64,000 bases of DNA from a bacterium. Its GTDB lineage: Bacteria; UBA8248. The DNA is taken from positions 2,784,001-2,848,000 of the forward strand of contig OZ253442.1 of assembly GCA_965261085.1 (NCBI GenBank). The letters are read 5' to 3'. Below, one piece after another: positions 35,846-45,502 of this stretch. A program made the translations under genes and the position numbers. Below the pieces are notes generated by a model. The model worked only from the letters and a program-made list of their open reading frames with translations. It made no database searches and was not told the origin of the DNA. Position 1 is the stretch's first letter. The number at the start of each line of letters is the position of its first letter.

Positions 35846-37720
35846 ATGCTCGGATATCAAGGAAAAATACTGCACATCGACCTAAGCAACCGCACGTCCC
35901 GCATCGAGGAATTCGGCGAGGACATGGGCCGCAAATTCCTGGGCGGAAACGGCTTCGGGGCCAAGATTCTCTGGGATCACTTAAAAGCAGGCACCGACGC
36001 GCTATCGCCGGAAAACATCATCGTCTTCGCCGTGGGGCCGTATACGGATTCCGCCGTACCCAGCGCGAGCCGGGCGTGCGCCGCCTCCATCAGCCCGCTT
36101 ACGGGGCTTTTCTTTGACAGCACCTTCGGGGGCGCGTGGCCCATCACCTTGAAACGCACCGGCCACGACGCCGTCGTTCTGCACGGCAAGGCCGATTCCC
36201 TCGTTTATCTCATGCTTACGGAAAGCGGCGTGGCGTTCAAGGACGCAAGCCACCTCAAGGGAAAATGGATTCGCGAGACTTGTGATTCGATTACCGATAG
36301 CGAAGGCGGCACCGACGTCCTGGCCATCGGCCCCGCGGGCGAGAACCAGGTGCGTTTTGCGGCCATGGCCCATACGTGGCGAAAAAGCCGCGACGGCATC
36401 AGCGGACGCGGCGGCATGGCGGCCGTTCTGGGGAGCAAGAACGTCAAGGCCATCGCCGTGCGCGGAAAGGCGAAAACAGCCTTCGCAGACGCCAAGGCGC
36501 TAAGAACATACGTGAACGAAACGGCCGAGGACGTGCGCACGGGCACGGCGGCGCTCCACAAGTACGGCACGCCGATCCTCGTCAACATGATCAACAAGAT
36601 GGGAGCGCTCGGCACACACAACCTCAAGAGCGAGATATTTGAGAACTGCGAACCCATCAGCGGCGAGTACATGCACGATAATTTCCTGGACAAGCACACC
36701 ACCTGCCTCAAATGCGCCGTGGCGTGCGGCAAGAATTTCAAGATGAAAGGCGGTGATTTCGACGGTCTCGTCTGGAAACTGCCCGAATACGAAACCATCT
36801 TCGCGCTCGGAACCATGCTGGGCATCGGCGATCCGGGCGTCATGCTCCAGGCCAACATGCTTTGCGACGAACTGGGACTCGACACCATATCCGCAGGCGT
36901 CACGCTCTCGCTCGCCGTCGAGTGCATGGAAAAAGGATTGTTGAGCGAAGCGGAAGTGGGCGAACCGCTCAACTGGGGCGATTCCGCCACGATGCTCAGA
37001 CTTTTAGAAGAAATGTCCCGCCGCCAGGGGTTTGGCGACAGGCTGGCGGAAGGCGGCAAGCGCCTGGCCGCTGAAATAGGCGGCGAGGCTCCCAATCTCC
37101 TGTACGCCTCCCGGGGGCTCGAGCTTCCGGCGCACAGCGCGCGCGCGCTCAAGGGCATGTCCATCGGCTACGCCACGGGCACAAGAGGCGGCAGCCACCA
37201 CGACACCCGCCCCACCCTGCAATACGCCTCGGACCACGACAACACCTCGACCGAGGGGAAACCCGAGTTCGCCGTGCGCACGCAGAACTTCACCGCGTTG
37301 GGCGATTCCATCACCCAGTGCCGCTTCACGGCGGAGCGCGGCTATGGCGCGATGATCAACGAGAAATACGCAGAGATGCTCAACCTCGTGACCGGGTGGG
37401 ATACGACGGCGGATGAGTTGGAAGAAACCGGCGAGCGCATTTGCAACCTGGAGCGCGCCCTCCACGTGCGCGAAGGAGTGAGCCGCGCAGACGACATGCT
37501 CCCCTACAAGGTGATGCACGAGCCGATTCCCGACGGCCCTCACAAGGGGATGCACTGCCCGCCTGATGAGCTCGAAGGCATGAAAAACGAGTTTTACGGC
37601 ATCAGGGGCTGGGATGAGAACGGTTTTCCCACACCAGCGACGCTTCAAAGGCTCAAGCTCGACGACGTGGCTGAAGCACTCGCCACCACGGGCAACGGCG
37701 GGAGCAACGGCGCGGGTTGA
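35846..37720 (+). CDS. Aldehyde:ferredoxin oxidoreductase (tungsten AOR/WOR family)
   Basis: GKILHIDLS, SPLTG, IGPAGEN, GRGGMAAVLGSKNVKAI, CLKCAVAC, EYET, DELGLDTIS, TQC. Confidence 0.93.
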   Translation: MLGYQGKILHIDLSNRTSRIEEFGEDMGRKFLGGNGFGAKILWDHLKAGTDALSPENIIVFAVGPYTDSAVPSASRACAASISPLTGLFFDSTFGGAWPITLKRTGHDAVVLHGKADSLVYLMLTESGVAFKDASHLKGKWIRETCDSITDSEGGTDVLAIGPAGENQVRFAAMAHTWRKSRDGISGRGGMAAVLGSKNVKAIAVRGKAKTAFADAKALRTYVNETAEDVRTGTAALHKYGTPILVNMINKMGALGTHNLKSEIFENCEPISGEYMHDNFLDKHTTCLKCAVACGKNFKMKGGDFDGLVWKLPEYETIFALGTMLGIGDPGVMLQANMLCDELGLDTISAGVTLSLAVECMEKGLLSEAEVGEPLNWGDSATMLRLLEEMSRRQGFGDRLAEGGKRLAAEIGGEAPNLLYASRGLELPAHSARALKGMSIGYATGTRGGSHHDTRPTLQYASDHDNTSTEGKPEFAVRTQNFTALGDSITQCRFTAERGYGAMINEKYAEMLNLVTGWDTTADELEETGERICNLERALHVREGVSRADDMLPYKVMHEPIPDGPHKGMHCPPDELEGMKNEFYGIRGWDENGFPTPATLQRLKLDDVAEALATTGNGGSNGAG

Positions 37721-37867
37721 GAGCGGAGATTATCGAAGCGCGTCAACCGGGGTAATCGTCCGGCAGGCCCGAAGGGACCTGAGTGGTTGCACGGACACCA
37801 TTGAGCAGGACACGAGCCCGACTCAATCTTCGAATGTGACTCCAGGACCAAGTCAATGAATGGATTT

Positions 37868-37895
37868 GTAGGGGCATTTCGAGAACGGCCCCTAC
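37868..37895. repeat. GTAG-type REP-like palindrome
   Basis: GTAGGGGC-atttcgagaacg-GCCCCTAC. Confidence 0.6.
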
Positions 37896-38130
37896 CATAC
37901 GAACCACTCGCCAGGCTCCTGGCGCGTCATCAAAACAAACGCGCGAAAACACCCTCACCCTCTTTCCAGAGCAAATCTCTCGCTTTCAGCCGGTGGTTTT
38001 CCTGCCGTCAATCGAGATGGAGCGGCATTTGCCCGCATTTGCCGTTAAAACGTTTTCGGTGGGATGCGCGAGAATCCCCGCTCGGATTAGTCGATCCGTC
38101 TCCCAAAAGTCGATTCGAAAAAAATGAACA

Positions 38131-38170
38131 ATACGATAAAATACGATAAATTCACGATGTTTTTCGATAA
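38131..38170. repeat. Short tandem repeat with 10-11 bp period
   Basis: ATACGATAAA twice, followed by degenerate CGAT-containing units. Confidence 0.5.
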
Positions 38171-38197
38171 ATTTCTGATCAGTTATCTATATGATTA

Positions 38198-38379
38198 TTA
38201 AGGGGTTGCGGGGTATTTCTCCACCAGACGCCTTGCGATGAGCAGCCGCTGAATGTCGTTGGCGCCCTCGCCCACCTGCAAGAGAATGGAGTCTCGGTAG
38301 TACCTCTCGATCGGCAACTCCTTGATATAGCCGCATCCCCCGTGAATGTGCACGACCGCCCCAGTGGAGGGTGAGGCCG
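38198..38379 (-). pseudogene. Acyl-CoA dehydrogenase C-terminal fragment
   Basis: AVVHIHGGCGYIKELPIERYYRDSILLQVGEGANDIQRLLIARRL; the rest of the gene is absent and the esterase stop lies directly upstream. Confidence 0.85.
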
Positions 38380-38388
38380 CTGCAGGCG

Positions 38389-39570
38389 TCAGCAGGCCGC
38401 CCATGGTGCCTCGGGTTTCCAATCCGGCGCTTTTCCAAAGGCGGTTGTGACCAGGGAGCGGGGGCGAATTCCGGGGGGCATTCCCTCGGGCTGGTAGTTG
38501 GTGCAGAAGCCAAAAGCCATGTTCCTTTCCCTGTCACAGAACGTAAGAGCCCCGCCGGAGCCGGCGTGACCGAAGGCCTTGATGTTGCTTCCCATCGGTG
38601 TTCTGGGCGGGGTGTTGTGCATGAATCCGAGGCCCATCCGCCAAGCCGAGCCGGTCATAGCGCAGATGCCCTCCCACTGAAGTTTGGAAAGTCGTTCCAC
38701 CGTTTCGGGCTGAAGCAGGCGGACGCCGTCAATTTCTCCATTGTTGGCCAGCATCGCGTACACGCGAGCGATGCCGCGCGCATTTCCGTGGCCGCCCGAG
38801 GAAAGGTTCTCGCCCTCCCGGTTTTCACGGCAATTCAACAGATCGACGCCCGCCGGCTGGCTCCGCCACGCCCTGTTCAGCAGCGTCCCGGGCTTTGCTC
38901 CCATCTCCCAGAATTTGTTTTTTGGATTTGGGTGCATGGGCGCGACCCGCGCGAGTTCCTCTTTGTTGAGCCCGACGTTGTAATCCGCGCCGAGTGGACC
39001 CGTGATCTCCTCCCGGATGAAGTCGCGGAGTCGCTTGCCACTGACCCGGCGGACAATCTCGCCGTGGATGAACCCAAAGTTAATGGAGTTATATGCTCCC
39101 TTTGAGCCCGCGGGCCAGGCGGGTTCCTGCGCTGCGATCGCGGCTACCTGAGCCGGGTAATTGAAAAAATCTCCGGGCTTAGCGGCGTCGCTGAAGATAA
39201 CGCCGCATTGATGACTGATGGTGTGGCGGACAAGAATGTTTTCCTTGCCGTTCTGGGCGAATTCCGGCCAATACCGCGCCACCGGTTCGTCCAGCGAAAC
39301 CTGACCCCGATCCACAAGAATGTGGATAGAGAGCGCGGCCATGCTCTTGGCGATGGAACTCATGAGCGTGATGGTATCTTCCGTCCAGGGCCGGGTGCGG
39401 GACTCGTCCCGGTGGCCTCCCCAGAGGTCCACGACTTTCTCGCCGTCCCTGTACACACAGACTGCGGCTCCGATCTCGCCCCGGCCGGCGAAATTTTCCC
39501 GAAACGTTTCTTCCACCAATGAAAAATCGGTATGGCAACGTCCTTCCACCTTGATATCGACAATACCCAT
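38389..39570 (-). CDS. Serine hydrolase, beta-lactamase/EstA family
   Basis: GAAVCVY..GEKVVDLWGG, SxxK (SIAK), VARYWPEF, AYNS, FGHAGSGG. Confidence 0.92.
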   Translation of the reverse strand: MGIVDIKVEGRCHTDFSLVEETFRENFAGRGEIGAAVCVYRDGEKVVDLWGGHRDESRTRPWTEDTITLMSSIAKSMAALSIHILVDRGQVSLDEPVARYWPEFAQNGKENILVRHTISHQCGVIFSDAAKPGDFFNYPAQVAAIAAQEPAWPAGSKGAYNSINFGFIHGEIVRRVSGKRLRDFIREEITGPLGADYNVGLNKEELARVAPMHPNPKNKFWEMGAKPGTLLNRAWRSQPAGVDLLNCRENREGENLSSGGHGNARGIARVYAMLANNGEIDGVRLLQPETVERLSKLQWEGICAMTGSAWRMGLGFMHNTPPRTPMGSNIKAFGHAGSGGALTFCDRERNMAFGFCTNYQPEGMPPGIRPRSLVTTAFGKAPDWKPEAPWAAC

Positions 39571-39890
39571 ATTTTTCCCGCAATCTGATGAAATCGAATT
39601 TCCCACGTGTGCTTGATGTTGGAATTACCCGACATTTCTTATCCGGTTCGCTGGATGAATCCATTGCCGTTTGGAACCAGAGCCGATCGCACATATCTTC
39701 TTTGTGGTCTGATATTGCAGATTAAGACTATAATGAAGTCATCCAAAAAAACAAATGGGGAATGCAGGTATAAGAAAAGGGAGGAGTATGGTGGTTCCCA
39801 TCGATTGAAATGGAAATAGCCGATTTTCCGAGAACGTAAATATTTAACGAGACCCCCCTTAGGCGCCAACCTTCCACTGCCGAAGGACAA

Positions 39891-40766
39891 TTACATATCC
39901 TTCCCTTCGTACACCTCGATGACGCGGCTGGCGTCGTCTTTGCCCCAGCCGGCGGCCTCGGCCCGCTCAAACATCTTGCGCGCCGCGGGAACCACGGCGA
40001 GTTCGACCCCGAGTTCCTCGGCAAGTTTGATCGCGAGGCCCATGTCCTTCACAAATATTTCCACCGCCCCGCGCGGGACGAAATCTCTCTCGAACATTCT
40101 AGGGGCAGTCTGTGAAAGCATGGAACCTTGCACAGAGCCCTTCGAGAGGCAATGCTTCATGATCTCATGTGAGAGCCCCGCGCGCTCGCCCACCACGATC
40201 AACTCGGCAAACAGCGCCGTGCACGAGTTTACGAAAAGATTGGTCACGACTTTCATGGTGGCCCCGGTTCCGCTCGGGCCGGTGTGGGCCGCATCCGCTG
40301 CCAGCGGATCAAGAATCGGCCTTACCCGCTCGAAGACTTCTTTTTTTCCGCCCACCATGAAGGAAATGGTTCGTGTATCGACCCTGTTGTGGGAACCCGA
40401 TATCGGCGCATCTAACATCTCAATGCCCTCGGCGGCGAGCCGCGCAGCCAGATCGGCCTGAAAGGAGGGCTCCATGGTACTCATTTCGACGTGAACGAGG
40501 CCCTTCTTTCCGGCAGCGACAATGCCTTTCGGGCCGAACGCGTTTTCCTCGATGTGCTCGGGTTTCAAGAGAATGCTGAAAGTGATGTCGCTTTGCTCGG
40601 CCACTTCCTTCGCCGAAGCGGCGGGGCGTCCGCCTTCATCCTCTAGCATCTTCATCCGCACGGGGTCGATGTCGTAGCCGACGATCTCGTGGCCGTCCGC
40701 CATCATCTGCCGCGAGAGCGGGAGTCCCATCTTTCCCAGTCCGATCATTCCCAGCTTTTCACTCAT
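39891..40766 (-). CDS. NAD(P)-dependent 3-hydroxyisobutyrate dehydrogenase / tartronate semialdehyde reductase family
   Basis: IGLGKMG, EMST, LDAPISG, MVGG, MKVVTN, KDMGLA. Confidence 0.92.
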   Translation of the reverse strand: MSEKLGMIGLGKMGLPLSRQMMADGHEIVGYDIDPVRMKMLEDEGGRPAASAKEVAEQSDITFSILLKPEHIEENAFGPKGIVAAGKKGLVHVEMSTMEPSFQADLAARLAAEGIEMLDAPISGSHNRVDTRTISFMVGGKKEVFERVRPILDPLAADAAHTGPSGTGATMKVVTNLFVNSCTALFAELIVVGERAGLSHEIMKHCLSKGSVQGSMLSQTAPRMFERDFVPRGAVEIFVKDMGLAIKLAEELGVELAVVPAARKMFERAEAAGWGKDDASRVIEVYEGKDM

Positions 40767-40875
40767 GATTCTCCCCTGTGGTCAAAAAAAAATTAGAGCC
40801 CTCTGATTACCGAAAATTTGCGCGGCAACCGAGGGCGTGTCAGCCAAGAATCGGAGAACGAATTGAATCCACCAT

Positions 40876-41080
40876 CAGCTTGCCTGGAGCCTCAAGCACG
40901 GGTTCAGAGGTGGCGGGTATGCGGGTGATGCGGGCGCCAACGGCCTGGCCGACGTCGTGGCTCGCCCGGCAGATGCAGATCATCACCGTAAATGGTGTCC
41001 CCTACCGCCTTGGCGAGGGCGTCTTCTTTAGGCTGAGAGCGACCGACAATTACCATTTCAGGTATGAATTCGCCACCCAT
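40876..41080 (-). pseudogene. Internally deleted xanthine dehydrogenase/CoxL-family Mo-binding subunit (N- and C-termini only)
   Basis: From ATG 41080: MGGEFIPEMVIVGRSQPKEDALAKAVGDTIYGDDLHLPG, then in another frame VGQAVGARITRIPATSEPVLEAPGKL. Confidence 0.75.
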
Positions 41081-41130
41081 TTATTTAAAGATGGAAACGA
41101 AGGTGATGAAATATCCCCAAACGATGTATC

Positions 41131-42129
41131 TTAACTTCGAAACTTGGAAACTTCGACCGCCTGGCCTGTGTCCGCACTCTCGACGACGGCCTCCAGGACA
41201 GCCACAACCTCAATGCCCTCCGGGCCGCTTACCTCGGGCTTGGCCCCTTCGCGGATGCATTTGGCGAATTCCGCCATCTGCTCGGCCATGCAATCGCCCG
41301 GCTCGCAGGGGAGTTCCTCGCGCGCCTGCTGGTCCACCTTCTGGAAGTAGAGTTTCGAACCTTCCTCCTCGCTCCAGGCGTTGGCCTGGGTGCCGAAGAC
41401 GGCATTCGAGCAGATCTTCGGTATGACGAAGGTCGAATTGATGTAGCCGAGCGGGCCGCTCTCGAATTCGAGAATGATAGACGTTACATCGTTGATATTT
41501 CCCTTTCCAAGGAGCTTTTTGCTGAACGCGCAAAGCCGCTTCACGGGACCTGCCAGGTAGTGCAGGTTATCCACCATGTGGACGCCCAGAGCCGTCATGG
41601 CGCCGGCCGGGCATTCGGCGGTGTCGTTCCGCCAGCCTTGGCGAGGGTTCTGCCCCCCGGCCAGAGAGAGGTTTCCCTCCACCTGATGGATCATCCCCAT
41701 CTCACCGTTGTCGATCATCTCGCGGAGGCGGCGGTTACCCCCCTGCTTGCGGCGATTATGGCCGATCTGGAGGGTGACGCCCGCCTTCTGTGTCGCCTCG
41801 TAGGCCTTGCGCCCGTCGGCGGCGGTCAGCGTGAGAGGTTTCTCGACAAACACGTGTTTTCCTGCGGAAGCCGCCTGGCGAATGATATCCACGTGGGTAG
41901 AGTGTGGGGTGGCTAGCAGGATCCCTTCCACCTCGGAATCGCTCAGCAATTCGTCCAAACTTGCCGCCTGGCGGCAACCGACCTTTTCTGCGAACGACTT
42001 GCGCCCTTCCTCGCTTCGCGCGAAACAGCTAACAACCTCGGCCGCTCCGCTGCGGTCCACTGAACCCGCCAGCATAGCCCCCCACCCACCAAGACCTACC
42101 GACGCCAGACGCACCTTATCTTCAGCCAC
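41131..42129 (-). CDS. Gfo/Idh/MocA family oxidoreductase
   Basis: VGLGGWG, ATPHSTH, GKHVFVEKP, GHNRR, GVHMVD; GTG start at 42129 after AAGGAG. Confidence 0.93.
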   Translation of the reverse strand: MAEDKVRLASVGLGGWGAMLAGSVDRSGAAEVVSCFARSEEGRKSFAEKVGCRQAASLDELLSDSEVEGILLATPHSTHVDIIRQAASAGKHVFVEKPLTLTAADGRKAYEATQKAGVTLQIGHNRRKQGGNRRLREMIDNGEMGMIHQVEGNLSLAGGQNPRQGWRNDTAECPAGAMTALGVHMVDNLHYLAGPVKRLCAFSKKLLGKGNINDVTSIILEFESGPLGYINSTFVIPKICSNAVFGTQANAWSEEEGSKLYFQKVDQQAREELPCEPGDCMAEQMAEFAKCIREGAKPEVSGPEGIEVVAVLEAVVESADTGQAVEVSKFRS

Positions 42130-42200
42130 GGTTTCTCCTTTTTTTAAAAAATTTATAACGATTGCCCTCTGCCGAATTCCACCTCCGGCAGGCTGCAAAT

Positions 42201-42237
42201 AACAGAAAAGGCGCGGGGGGTTCGCGCCCCCCGCGCC
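42201..42237 (-). terminator. Rho-independent terminator of the ABC SBP gene
   Basis: Minus strand: GGCGCGGGGGG-cgcgaa-CCCCCCGCGCC-TTTTCTGTT. Confidence 0.8.
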
Positions 42238-42272
42238 GTGATCCCGTGTTGCGAGCTGCCTCCGTTACTTCA

Positions 42273-43826
42273 TCATGAACCAGGAGTCTTCATCACGAAG
42301 CTCCAAGGCAGTGTCATCTCATCGTAGCGCATCTTGTAGTCAAGAACCTTCGTGTTTACGCCGTACACATCATGGCTCTTGGCGATAGGCTTGTGAGTGG
42401 CATTATTGTGCATGAACCAGTTTGCCTCCTCGAGCCGCTTCTGCTGAAGGGCCGAGTCGGCGGTCCTTAGAGCCTTGTCGATCATCGTTTCATATTCCTT
42501 GTAACAATGAGGGCTCCATTTTCCGCCGCAGGACATGACACCGCGGAAGCTGTTGCCCGGTATGCCGCCCTGGTTGCCATAACTGGAAATAAACATCATG
42601 TTTCCTTTTAACGTACCCTTCGCGTATTTCTTGAAATTGCCTCTCCAGACCCGTTTCGAGGAGGCTTGGCATTTTGCGTCAACACCAATTTTTTGCACCA
42701 TATTGACGATCGCCTCACACATTTCAACATCAGCCGGGATCGTGTTTCGTGGGGAGATCATGGTCAATTTGAAACCCTTGCCAAAGCCCGATTCCTTCAA
42801 GAGCTTCTTCGCCTTGGCCAAGTCATAGGGATACCACGATTTCATCTTGGGGTTGTAGCCGGCCGCCATCCCCTGGTGGATCAACTGGAACCAGGGATCG
42901 GCGCGGTTCTGCAAGAGGGTCTTGATGATGAGCGGCGTGTTAATGGCGTGGCTTACCGCCTGGCGAACCTTGACGTTCGCCATGGGCCCACCATGCTTGG
43001 TCAGGTAGCCGACGTAATAGATACGGATGCTGGGGGTGGTAAGCACCTTCAGGCCCGGTTTGGCGTTGATTTGCTTAATGAACTGGGGCGCCACCCTCAT
43101 CGCGAAGTCAATTTCGCCGGTCGTCAGGGCCTTCACGCGGGTCGTGGGCTCCCGGATAATGCGAATGATGAGGGTCTTGGGCCGGTTGGGATATTTTTCA
43201 TTGCCCCACCACAGGGGATTCGCTTCCATCACGAACCTCTGGCCCTTTTTCCATTCTTTGAGGACGTAGGCGCCCGAGCCATAGCTCCCGGTTGCGATTT
43301 GGGCGTATGTCAGACCCTTGACAGCCTTGCGGTTGATGACGTGACCCCAGGTTCGCATCAGGGCCGGCAGGTCATTCATCGGGCCTTTTGCGTGGATGTA
43401 GAAGTTTCGATCGTCGATGATCTCCACCCCTTTGATGTCCTTGTAATAGGACTTCACCGAACTCTGCAGGCCTTCGTCCTCCCAGACGCGGTGGAGGGAA
43501 AACTTAACATCCGCGGAGGTGACAGGTGTTCCGTCGGCGAATACCGCGCCCTTGCGCAGGGTGAATTTGAATTTCGAGGCGCTAACGCGCTCGAATTTTT
43601 CGGCCAGCCAGCCGTAGAGTTTGCCCGTTTTCAAGTCCGCCTGAACGAGGGTATCGTAGGTCCACGGCCACAGCATGGTGCCCATGAAACCGGGGGTTTT
43701 TCCCGGGTCCCAGGTTGCCGGTTGTCCATGGACAGCGAGCCTGAGCGTTCCCTTAAAGGCCTCGGCGCGATGCGCGGCGAAGCCTAGAAGGGTCATAATG
43801 AGAAGAGCGACCAACCACTTTCGCAT
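42273..43826 (-). CDS. ABC transporter substrate-binding protein, family 5 (peptide/nickel type)
   Basis: Signal peptide, YDTLV, WLAE, FTLRKGAVFADGTPVTSADVKFS, GSGAY, VRQAVSHAIN, YDLAKAKKLLKESG; start after GGAGGAAGG. Confidence 0.93.
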   Translation of the reverse strand: MRKWLVALLIMTLLGFAAHRAEAFKGTLRLAVHGQPATWDPGKTPGFMGTMLWPWTYDTLVQADLKTGKLYGWLAEKFERVSASKFKFTLRKGAVFADGTPVTSADVKFSLHRVWEDEGLQSSVKSYYKDIKGVEIIDDRNFYIHAKGPMNDLPALMRTWGHVINRKAVKGLTYAQIATGSYGSGAYVLKEWKKGQRFVMEANPLWWGNEKYPNRPKTLIIRIIREPTTRVKALTTGEIDFAMRVAPQFIKQINAKPGLKVLTTPSIRIYYVGYLTKHGGPMANVKVRQAVSHAINTPLIIKTLLQNRADPWFQLIHQGMAAGYNPKMKSWYPYDLAKAKKLLKESGFGKGFKLTMISPRNTIPADVEMCEAIVNMVQKIGVDAKCQASSKRVWRGNFKKYAKGTLKGNMMFISSYGNQGGIPGNSFRGVMSCGGKWSPHCYKEYETMIDKALRTADSALQQKRLEEANWFMHNNATHKPIAKSHDVYGVNTKVLDYKMRYDEMTLPWSFVMKTPGS

Positions 43827-44080
43827 AGTACCTTCCTCCTTTGAGCAATAGAGTGATAATTTCTTCATTACAAATGAAACCTGTTGCGCTGTTTCTTGGA
43901 GCGGTGACGCAAATGCACGCTGAAACATAATATTCTGCGTCGTTAAAAGTATTTAGCAAAACATAATGTATCATAATATAGAAGAGGTCAAGCAAGTAGA
44001 TAGCCACTATTTGGCATTCAGTCGCGACCAATTCAGGAAAACTTCACGGGAGCAGCAACTGGAAATCAAGGAGAAATTTC

Positions 44081-44358
44081 ATGTCCGAAGGTATCTCCCC
44101 CGCCCCCGTGGACGGGGATTATGTCGTCAAACTGGCGTAAGAACTGATACAGATTCCGGCGGAGAACCCGCCGGGAGATTACCCGGAGGTTGCCGAGCGA
44201 ATCATGGGCGAGCTTAAAGCGCCTGGTGTGGATCGCATCGAAACCCACGAGTTCGTTTCGGGCCGGCCGAACTTCATCATCCAGGCCGGCGAGGGGGCGC
44301 GGGCGGTTCGTGCGGCCACTTCGTTATCGGCGGCCACTTGGACACGGATGGTGTGTAA
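44081..44358 (+). pseudogene. M20 (ArgE/DapE-like) metallopeptidase pseudogene
   Basis: AAGGAG SD, MSEG..VVKLA*ELIQIPAENPPGDY..GRPNFII, then frameshifted GHFVIGGHLDT; internal TAA, frameshift and truncation. Confidence 0.8.
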
Positions 44359-44546
44359 CGGCGAGCCCTTCCAGGTCGTTCTGGTCGGCAGGTTCGGAGG
44401 AAGGCTTGCTCAGAGTTGTCTTGACCGCAGCGGAAAAGATGTACATCATTCATTCTATTCATGCGCAAAACACTTTTGAACAGGTACAGTATCCAGGCAA
44501 CTTTTGAATCGTAGAATCTATTTTATTTTCGAGGGTAGTATTTTTT

Positions 44547-45482
44547 ATGCGCGCCTATATCATCCGCGGCCTACTGCAGAGTTTGATTGTCCTGTGGATG
44601 GTCCTCCTCATCGTCTTCTTGATGCTCCACATGACAGGGGACCCGGCCGACGTCCTGATGCCCGATGAAGCCACCTTAGAAGAAGTTGCCGCGTTCAACA
44701 AAGAAAGGGGCTTCGATAAGCCGATCTACGTCCAATACTTTAACTTCCTGTTCGGCCACAAAAAGAACAAGGGCGTTTTGAGGGGCGATTTCGGTGATTC
44801 GTTCTACCACAATGTCCCCGCCATGGGCCTTGTCACCGAGCGCATTCCCGCCACGGTAATTCTCGCCGTTTTCGCCCTTTTTGTGGGGCTTGTGATCGCC
44901 ATCCCAACCGGGATATTCTCGGCCGTTTTCCGTAAAACCTGGATCGACTATTTCAGTTCGGTTTTGTCGATGGCGGGCCAGTCCATCCCCAACTTCTGGC
45001 TGGGCCTAATGCTTATTATCCTATTCTCTGAAATTCTCGGGTGGCTGCCGACATCGGGCTACCGGGAGGCGAAGAGCATCATCCTGCCGGGACTGGCTGC
45101 CGGTCTCTACGCCACGGCCCGCATCATGCGGATTACGCGCTCGACACTGCTTGAGGTAATGTCCCAGGACTTCGTGAATACGGCGCGCTCGAAGGGAATC
45201 ACCGAGGCCTTGGTCATCGGCCGCCATGCCCTCAAAAACGCATCAATCCCCATTGTCACCATCATCGGCCTAGAACTTGGCGGCTTGCTCAGCGGGACGG
45301 TGGTCATCGAAGTCATCTTTGCCTGGCCAGGGGTGGGTTGGCTGGTGGTGGAATCTATCAATGTCAACGACTATCCGGTTGTCCAGGCGGCGGTGGCCCT
45401 GCTTTCGTTCATGTTCGTGGGCGTCAATCTCGCCGTGGACATCATTTATGCGTGGCTCGATCCGCGCGTTTCATACAATTAG
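44547..45482 (+). CDS. Peptide ABC permease (DppB/OppB-like)
   Basis: GDPA, GDFGDS, SIPNFWLG, DFVNTARSKG, HALKNA, DPRV. Confidence 0.93.
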   Translation: MRAYIIRGLLQSLIVLWMVLLIVFLMLHMTGDPADVLMPDEATLEEVAAFNKERGFDKPIYVQYFNFLFGHKKNKGVLRGDFGDSFYHNVPAMGLVTERIPATVILAVFALFVGLVIAIPTGIFSAVFRKTWIDYFSSVLSMAGQSIPNFWLGLMLIILFSEILGWLPTSGYREAKSIILPGLAAGLYATARIMRITRSTLLEVMSQDFVNTARSKGITEALVIGRHALKNASIPIVTIIGLELGGLLSGTVVIEVIFAWPGVGWLVVESINVNDYPVVQAAVALLSFMFVGVNLAVDIIYAWLDPRVSYN

Positions 45483-45502
45483 CGCAGGCGGAGGCAAGAA
45501 AC

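Noticed and set aside
39620-39665. Possible IS end (CCCGACATTTC..GGATGAATCC)
   Set aside because: It is too short, with no partner repeat or transposase fragment.
42666-43787. 373-aa plus-strand ORF and similar long antisense ORFs (e.g. 7635-8687, 28294-29319, 36205-37164)
   Set aside because: They are shadows of well-supported genes on the opposite strand and carry no family motifs.
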